A stretch of DNA of 64,000 bases from Chrysomallon squamiferum (taxonomy: Eukaryota > Animalia > Mollusca). Made by a program: the position numbers and the translations under genes. Every line of letters starts with the position of its first letter. Position 1 is the first letter of the stretch. Below the pieces are notes generated by a model. That model saw only the letters and a program-made list of their open reading frames with translations. It did no database searches and was not told the origin of the DNA. The stretch is from contig CM022673.1 of NCBI GenBank assembly GCA_012295275.1, positions 10,106,001 to 10,170,000 on the forward strand, read 5' to 3'. Positions 55,311 to 64,000 of this stretch are shown here, one piece after another.

Positions 55311-55950
55311 TTTATGAATCGGTTCAGATCGGAACGTGGACATTGGTTTGTTTTTCTACTACGCGTCGTGTTAAAAGTAGTTTTACAATTTTCATCGATT
55401 ACTCCGGTTTTAAGAGAAAAGACACAGAGAGAGAGAGAGCGAGAGAGTGTACGTTTAAACACAAAGTATCAAACTCGGGAAGAAATACCAAGGCTTGAAA
55501 TATAAAAATGTTTGATAATCATTTGTAGATCGATAATTGTGGTTTGAAGGAGAAAATACAAATATCAAATAGTAGAAATGAATCGCTACAGTTTATATTC
55601 TGCTTCTGGGGCAAAATGTAATTGCTGTCTTAAACGCGTGCGTGCATCTGACTGCACGTGTTAACAAACGCATGTTTATCTGTTTCTATTTAGATACGGA
55701 CGTAAATAATGAAATGTATAATGCTGTACGTATATTTAAAATTAATACCAGTTTATAAATATTATCATACATGTCAAAAATATTTAGTTTAATGCAGATG
55801 GATAGAAAATTAAATAGATAGATCAAAGATAGATAGCTAGATAGACAGATAGACAGATAGATAGATAGCTAGATAGACAGATAGACCGCTAGATAGACAG
55901 ATACATACATAGATAGATAGATAGATAGATAGACAGATAGACAGATATAC

Positions 55951-56015
<65 letters not shown>

Positions 56016-56899
56016 AATAATAGACAAAAAGAAGTAACGAAAGATAGACATTAAGACAAACATGTTACAGATATGTTAATTTTTTAAATTTATTTATTAA
56101 ATATCGTATATTTTTAATGACTAATGTATACAGATATGGAATTTTTTATTTCATATATTCAAAATATACCTATGTACATATAAGAAACTCGGTTTCCCGT
56201 ATCTATAATAAACAGTATTATACACATATCATATACTTTTAATAATTAACGTATATAAACACGGTACATTTTTTTATTTTTATTTCTCGTATTATTTCAT
56301 ATATTGACAGTATACACTTGCATATAAATAATACATACTCATATATTTTCCCTTAGAACCAAAACGAGCCTAAGCTTTCTTTAAAAGCGAGGATATCAGG
56401 GGAAATTTTGATGTCGCTACTATTAAGTTAATCAGGGAGCCGGTGTGTTTTATTTGAAGACACGCTATGGCTGGATACCAGCGTTGACTGCATCATTTGA
56501 TCGCTCATTCGATTACTGCGGAGTGGAAGCTCGGCTTTGGAAACCTGTTGCCAGGAGATGAATTGAATCGCAAGAACACCACGCAGTCCAGAGAGAAAAC
56601 CATTTCGCACGGTAACCCAGCCTAATCTCTACATATCCTGATCTGCTTGATCGTGTCCAAATATTGAACACTGCGACGATTGGCTAAAACGAAGTTATTA
56701 CCAGACACTTCCATTTTTTTTTTTCTTTTCTTTTTTCTTTTTTTTTTTTTTTTTTTTTAAAGAGAAGAAGAAATGATACGGTTGTTGTTGATGGTGATGT
56801 TGTTGTTGTTGTTGTAAGAGTCAGTAAAGCCAGTAAATTAAAATTATCAGCAGCAGCAACATCGTCACCATGAGCGTCGTCATCATCTTTATCATCAAA

Positions 56900-56991
56900 A
56901 TCATTATTATTGTTGTTGTTGTTGTTTCTATAACTACCACTGCTGCTACTACTACTACTATTACAATTGCTATTATTATTATTATTTCTAT

Positions 56992-57056
<65 letters not shown>

Positions 57057-57225
57057 TTATTATTATTATTATTATTATTTCTATTACTACTACTACTACT
57101 ACTACTACTATTATATTATTATCATTATTATTATTATTATTTCTATTACTACTGCTACTACTATTACTACTACTACTATTACTATTACCACTACTACTAC
57201 TACTACTACTACTACCACTACTACT

Positions 57226-57256
<31 letters not shown>

Positions 57257-57270
57257 TTATTATTATTATC
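56900..57270 (+). repeat. Compound (ACT)n/(ATT)n trinucleotide microsatellite
   Basis: Direct reading. Source of the poly-T/L/Y pseudo-ORFs. Confidence 0.95.
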
Positions 57271-58783
57271 GTCATCGTGAGCAGCAGAATGTCACAAGCA
57301 ACATCTTCGCTTAACCGACTGCGTCTTCACAAGCTTGTTCATTCAGTTTTTAAATTACATCTTAACATGCTAACTTACTAACAAGCTTGTATGCAGCAGT
57401 GCTGTCTGTACGTACGAGAAGTACCTCGAGTGGGGAAAAAAGAATCAGTGAATCAAAAAGGATGGAAGAAAGAAAATAAATAAATATTATACCATATGAT
57501 GACTCATACTTATCAGTAAGACTTATACCTACCTATATCCGAATGTTTCTTTGTCTGTCTATGTCTCTGTATCTCCAACCGTATCTTTCTTGTCCGTCTG
57601 TCTTTCTGTCATCTAACTATCCTTCTGTCTAAAATAAAGCCTCTAAATATGGCCAGTTAGAATCCTTTAAAACATCAGATACGCTTCTTTTAAGTATTTC
57701 AAAAATGTTTTCATGCTTTCTTATGGTGTTACTGATACACTGTAGAAAAGCAGCAAACATACAGATCTGTTGAACTGTCATCATTTTCAGAAAACAGTTA
57801 ATAATCTAATTCTTATTATTTTAATATACGTAAAACACACCAGCAACACGATATGACGAAATTGTCGTCGGAAGAAATAATTATGATGTCTGTCTTACTC
57901 ATATCTTGTCCCTAGATTTATGCAACACATGTATGCAAATATGCATAATACAATCATATAAACATGCACACATACACAGATAACATATCTATGCAATATA
58001 AAAGTATCGTTTTAGATAAAGGTGTCTATAAATATAGCTTCAACTATAATCTTGAATACAGATATTTTTCTGATTATAGGACTGGAAGAAAACCGAGAAT
58101 AAAATCTAATGTACGTTTGCAAAATTTGACCTATTTCTTCTATCTACAGATGTGGAAGACATGACATCAGACCGCAAACTCTGTTACAAATTTTAAAAAA
58201 AAAGATTATTAGACTGCAAGCCAGTACAAGAAATAATTAATTAATACTGGTATGAGACCCGCATGTTATACGCACAGACTTCTAAATTCCAAAGACCATC
58301 AGAACGTATGTTAACAGATAGTACACTGCACATGGGTAAAAGAAGATATTTTTTAATGTATAAAATTAAGAATAACGAGTTGGTTATTTGTTAATAAATA
58401 TCCCAGAAGAATTCTGACTGTGATATAGTTTTCTTTTATCTGTCACAGAAATCAGGAAGCCTATCAGTTAGGAAATGATGGATCGTGAAAATGGCGACTG
58501 TGTGGTGAAAGCCCAAATGTATGGGGTTTGTGTAACAGGATGCAATGTATACAGGAAAGGTCAATTAATTATTTTGTCGTTGTGGTCATCGTTGCTGTTG
58601 TTGTTTTGTTTGTATTGTTGTTGTGTGTATATATATATATACATACATACATACACACACACACATACATACATACATACATTTATATAAGACAAATTAA
58701 ATACGACAGATGCTATGTGCATGTGTTTTAAATTACATTAAATTAAATTAACAACAAACAAACAAAGCAAACAAACAACAAAA

Positions 58784-58814
<31 letters not shown>

Positions 58815-59784
58815 ATGAACGAAAGAAAAAAATCTCCAAACAAGAAGAATTTTTTTTTTTTTTTTTTTTTTTCCAGAGATTCAATTTGGAGGAATTAACG
58901 CCCAACAAAAAAAAACAATTGGCTCGTGTTAAACTGTCGGTGTAATAACCAATCAACTAAACTCGCATCAATACGGTTAATTTCCTGCTCTGGGTCCAGT
59001 AGACTGGTGTTTTTGCGTCACCTACAGCTCAGTGTCTTTCCTGCTTCAATTAACTTTGAGATTTTTGTTTCTAAAATTAACCTGCAGTGACCGCAAAATT
59101 GGGGCGGGGGGGAGACAGAAAATGTAGCCGAAGGTTATCCTAAAATGCGTACGTGCAAAAGGAGGGATAAGGAATGACGGAACAAATTTTGTTCTAAAAT
59201 GTACTATGCTGAAGACAATTTTGTTGTCATTGTTAAATATAGTACATAAATATGACAACTAAAAAAAAAAAAACCGTTTTTCTGCAAAAAGATTTATATA
59301 TTTATATACTGTCGCTCCCTATTATGTACCTCCCTATTTTTTGAAATTTATAATAATATTAGATGAGATAATAATATTATTTAGAACATATTAAAATTTA
59401 ATTTACCGGTAAACATAGTTAACGAAACCAAATATACGTAGAATTCCTGAAATTATAGATTTTTTATCTTGTAATTTTTATTGCTGATGTTATGTTAGTC
59501 AAATACCACTATTAAAATACAAATATTTTTCTCCTTTTAATCAATTGTTTCTCTTTTTTCTTTATTTACATTTTATTCTTTCGTTTATCCTGTTTGTTTT
59601 TTGCCTTCGTTTTTTTTTTACCTAGTTTCGTTTGTTGTATTTTTTTTCATTATTTTCTTTCTTTCTTATTATTCTTCGTTTTTTAAAAATATTTTATCAA
59701 AATGAATTATAGTTTAATAAAAAAAAAAAAAAAAATAATAATAATAATAATAATAATAATAGTAGTAGTAACAGTAGTAGTAAC

Positions 59785-59833
<49 letters not shown>

Positions 59834-60617
59834 ATTATTATAACAGTAATAATATAATAATAACAGCAATAATAATAGGAATACTAGTAATAAAATAAAA
59901 TAAAATAAAATAAATAAATAACGTGGCAGAAGACAGAGTCTAAATCAAACAGACAAATTTTACAAACGAGCTTTCGTTACCGTCCGGAAAGTGAGACTCG
60001 GAAACACACGTGATTCATAAACGTTTCGACTGTTCCTTAGCAACGAAACCAAAAAAAAAAAAAAAAAAAAAAAAACCTGAACATTTTTTTTTTTCATTCT
60101 AATTTCTGAACCAGCCGGACTGTAAACATTCTCCCCACGGCATCGAGATTTGAAGCAGAGATCAGCTGCCGATGTGAAGATCTCAAAAAAAAAACACAAC
60201 AATTTTCACGATCTAATTGGCATTTTATGACCGATCCCCTTCCCGTATCTTCTAACGCACAGAGCGTCAGTCGAGTCCGCAGAAAGAAAAATATTTTTTA
60301 ATGTGCTTTTATTATTTATACGGATAGACTGCGTTTCTTCGTGTAATCTTTTCTTCGCCAACTGAGACTTCGCTCTCGCTACGGGATGAGCTGTTGAACG
60401 TGTTACATTATTTATGCTGCGAGTTTTTTTTTTCTGTCGCGCTGGATGGTACTAACGTAATAAACTGTTTTTCACTCAGCCATTGCTCCATCTTGCCCGG
60501 GGACAGAGGGCGCCCACGTCGGTTCATTAGAGCATCGTGGGCGTTAATGTTTCCTGTACTGTCACGTCATTATATATATATATATATATATCTATATCTA
60601 TCTATATATAGATAGAT

Positions 60618-60670
<53 letters not shown>

Positions 60671-61147
60671 CACATATAGATATATATATATATGTCTCTG
60701 TGTGTATATATGGTATCTAATCTAAACAGAAGAACATAAAAAAGTAAAAAAAAAAAAAAATAATAATAATAATAATAATAATTGTCTTGACCTATATAAA
60801 CAGATTCTAAATGGAAAGAGTCCTGTACAGGGAATGATTTATTATGTTGATTGTGTCACGCTGTAAAATTATAAATCTCGTTTATTTTATTTTATTTGTT
60901 TTATTATTAGTTTCGAAGTGAAAGCTTTCCGTCTCCCTCAGTATTTGTATGTTCATCTGATCATAACGTACAGAGAAATAAAGTAGGAAATAGCTAGAAG
61001 ATGAAAGATAACTGAAAGAGAGAAAGAGAGATATGCAGATAAACAAGTGGACAAATGGATGGATAAATAAATGCAGGTCTATGTATATGTGCATATGTAT
61101 GTATGTATGTTTACATGTATGTATGTATGTATGTATGTATATGTATG

Positions 61148-61181
<34 letters not shown>

Positions 61182-61286
61182 GGTGTTTATATATGTATAT
61201 GTATCTATGTATGTAGTATTTATATATATACAGAGAGAGAGAGAAAGGGAGAGAGAGAGAGAGAGAGAAGAGAAAGAGAGAGAGAG

Positions 61287-61343
<57 letters not shown>

Positions 61344-61866
61344 TAGATAGATAGATAGATACATACATACATACATACATACATAGATACATATACATAA
61401 ACATATACATAGATAAGTACATATATACTCATCTCGTGATCATGTTCTATTAACAAAAAAAAGTGTACCAACACCAGTTCACCGTGATAAATAATAAATA
61501 TAAAACAAGTGAGAACAAAGCAAAATAAACCCACATCAACATGACAGAATACATCCCAGCTCTTGCATAGTTCCCTGGGTACACCGTACGTACCTATATA
61601 TAAACAACAACATGAATTATTCAAAATGGGGAAATAATACGCTATTGATCCGGTTTGTCAAAACGATAAAGTTACGAATGGTAGCAAACAGGTGAAGAAA
61701 CAAAACTTGCTAATGATCGGATGTCGTGACACAGTTAATGTTTTGTAGTTTAGATAAAACTGACTGCTCTGGTTAAATGCAGCATTACAGTGCATTGGTT
61801 CATACATATATTGTCATTGACTGTTATATGTAAATTTATAAATTCTTTGTTTATTAGATTTGAGAG

Positions 61867-61964
<98 letters not shown>

Positions 61965-62279
61965 TACACTGGACAGTGCTAAAGTTTCACATTTGATAAT
62001 TTAATTTTTATTTTATTTTAAATATTTTTAACATTCTTCTTTTTTTAATCTAAACAAAAGCTGTTTATTTATTTATCTATTTATTTGTTTGTTTGTGTGT
62101 TTGTTTATTTGAATAAAGTAATAGTTGAAATTTTATATTCTTTCTCATTTGTAAATATTATTCTAAAAATAGAAAACAAAAACAACTAAAAACCTAACTA
62201 ATGAAAGTCGCTTTTACACTAAATATTGGAAAGAAGTTAATTAATTCTTAGATCTTTCTAATTTTGTTGCTTGTTTGGG

Positions 62280-62313
<34 letters not shown>

Positions 62314-62982
62314 AATTAAAATAAAAAAAAAAAAATAAAAAAAGTTCCTGAAAAGAGTTCATTAACACCACAAGAAAATCTCTCAATGATCAAATTCAGC
62401 CTAACTCTAAAAACGCTATCTTGCTCTAATTAGGCGCATGGCCGAAAATAGCCGAAAACTTCCGAAATAGATTTTCGTCAAAACCCGGTTGTTCACGGAA
62501 ATTCCCATTATAAAGAATGCGGCTTTAATTTTATTGATTTAGTGACACTTTTTAAGAACATTTTTTTTTTTTAAAACACGGACTTACTGTTACAATTAAT
62601 TTGTCATTTTTCTTTCTGCTATGTTTTTTTTTTATTTCTTATTTTAAAAACTATTGACACCCACAACTCTTTTACAGACAATTCCATTAAGGCTTGTAAA
62701 AAAAAGCCGTATATATAGTTATAATTGATGGAATAAAATGGATTCACTTTGGTCACCTTTAACGTGTACACTTCTGCTAATGGATGTCCGTAACTCATCG
62801 AAATAGCCCGTTTTTTGGTTAATGTCTGGAAGTGAGTGATAAAAATAAAACATTTAATCGTGAATGGACATTACAAAGGCCAGAGATAAACCAGCTGGAC
62901 CAGTCGAGTGCAGGTTTATTCAGAAATCTCTATCAGCTTTTAAAATAATCAGCCGTTTAGCCACCGGCCTTAAACAGTAAGT

Positions 62983-63386
62983 TAGGTGATAGGAAAAAAT
63001 AGTGTAAATGCATTACATGTAGGTGACAGGAAAAAATAGTGTAAATACATTACATGTAGGTGATAGGAAAAAATAGTGTAAATACATTACATGTAGGTGA
63101 CAGGAAAAATAGTGTAAATACATAGTAGTGTAAATACATTACATGTAGGTGACAGGAAAAAATAGTGTAAATGCATTACATGTAGGTGACAGGAAAAAAT
63201 AGTGTAAATACATTACATGTAGGTGACAGGAAAAAATAGTGTAAATACATTACATGTAGGTGACAGGAAAAAATAGTGTAAATACATTACATGTAGGTGA
63301 TACGAAAAGAAAAAATAGGTGGTGATAGGAAAAAATAGTGTAAATACATTAAATATAGGTGATACGAAAAAATAGTGTAAATATAT
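62983..63386 (+). repeat. 37-bp minisatellite (TAGGTGACAGGAAAAAATAGTGTAAATACATTACATG) x~10
   Basis: Direct reading. One partial internal duplication near 63120. Confidence 0.93.
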
Positions 63387-63574
63387 TCCATATTCTATCA
63401 GTTTTTATTTATTTATATTTTTTAAAATTTTGAATTCTATTTATTTATTTATTTATTTATTTATTTTATTTTATTTTATTTTATTTTATTTTATTATTAT
63501 TATTTTTTTTTTTTTTCACTGTCCAATTTTAATTCATAACGATGTTTAACAACAAAAGTGTACAGTTTAAAAAT

Positions 63575-64000
63575 ATCTGGGCGCCGCCATTTTCTATAAA
63601 ATCCTTACGCCATCGTGAACTGCTCCAAAGCAAAGCTTCCCTAAGCTATGAGATAGGAAAACTGCATTACTCTAACAAGGAATAAAAATAATTAAGCTTC
63701 TTCTTCTTTCACTCCAAAACTGTACTGTATATCAAAATTCATTTTGGTACTACCGAATGGGTGGAATACAATAGAGGGCGCTGCAGACGAAGACAGCTAG
63801 ACACGAAGGAGGAGGACTCCTAACTATTTGGGAACCAGTGCTTTAAAGTTTCTTCTAGCGTTAATAATAATAATAATAATAATAATAAAATAAATAAATT
63901 TTTATTATATAAAAAATCAGAATAACACAGCTATCAGTCCACCATCAAGAAGAAGACACTATGACTTCAGTTGTGAAGGAGTAAAATGGCGGCGTTCATG
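63575..64000 (+). promoter_or_regulatory. Probable promoter/5' end of a next gene: YY1-type motifs (63582-63593 reverse, 63983-63994 forward), AGAGGGCGCTG, GCAGACGA, Inr TCAGTT (63967-63972), candidate start ATG GCG GCG TTC ATG at 63986
   Basis: Motifs read directly. The reading frame is cut off by the window edge. Confidence 0.5.

Noticed and set aside
56870-57314. Poly-T/I/L/Y ORFs (also 47678-48371, 25654-25882, 30182-30436)
   Set aside because: Translations of trinucleotide microsatellites.
62983-63386. CRISPR-like 37-bp periodic array; also a resemblance to the miR-277 seed (TAAATGCATTA)
   Set aside because: The units are contiguous with no unique spacers, there are no cas genes and the context is eukaryotic. 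There is no hairpin and the miRNA similarity is short.

Overview
AT-rich, microsatellite-dense animal genomic DNA, most likely from a gastropod mollusc (inferred from the FxRIamide precursor and a gastropod-type SINE). Two genes are well supported. (1) On the + strand, a 12-exon orthologue of M1AP (meiosis 1 associated/arrest protein) runs from ATG 2013 to TAA 19844. I assembled it by hand into a continuous 527-aa frame; one intron has a GC donor. The ORF track shows only pieces of it. (2) On the - strand, an FxRIamide/FVRIamide (S-Iamide) neuropeptide precursor has a single coding exon (47684-47004) encoding 9 amidated FxRI peptides and one degenerate copy. It has a predicted ~35-nt non-coding first exon 7.4 kb upstream and a TATA/CCAAT/double-CRE promoter at ~55.2-55.3 kb. 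The window splits sharply into a CpG-depleted domain (~1-21.9 kb, except the M1AP promoter) and a CpG-retaining domain (~22-64 kb), as expected for mosaic gene-body methylation. Other features: SINE copies, a MITE-like inverted repeat, a compact 87-nt hairpin, a minisatellite with 139-bp higher-order structure, a 37-bp minisatellite, a probable divergent gene to the left of M1AP and a probable gene start at the right edge. Nearly all other ORFs in the track are microsatellite artefacts. I found no convincing novel multi-gene system; the cryptic small-gene candidates are speculative. Homology statements are from memory, not database searches.
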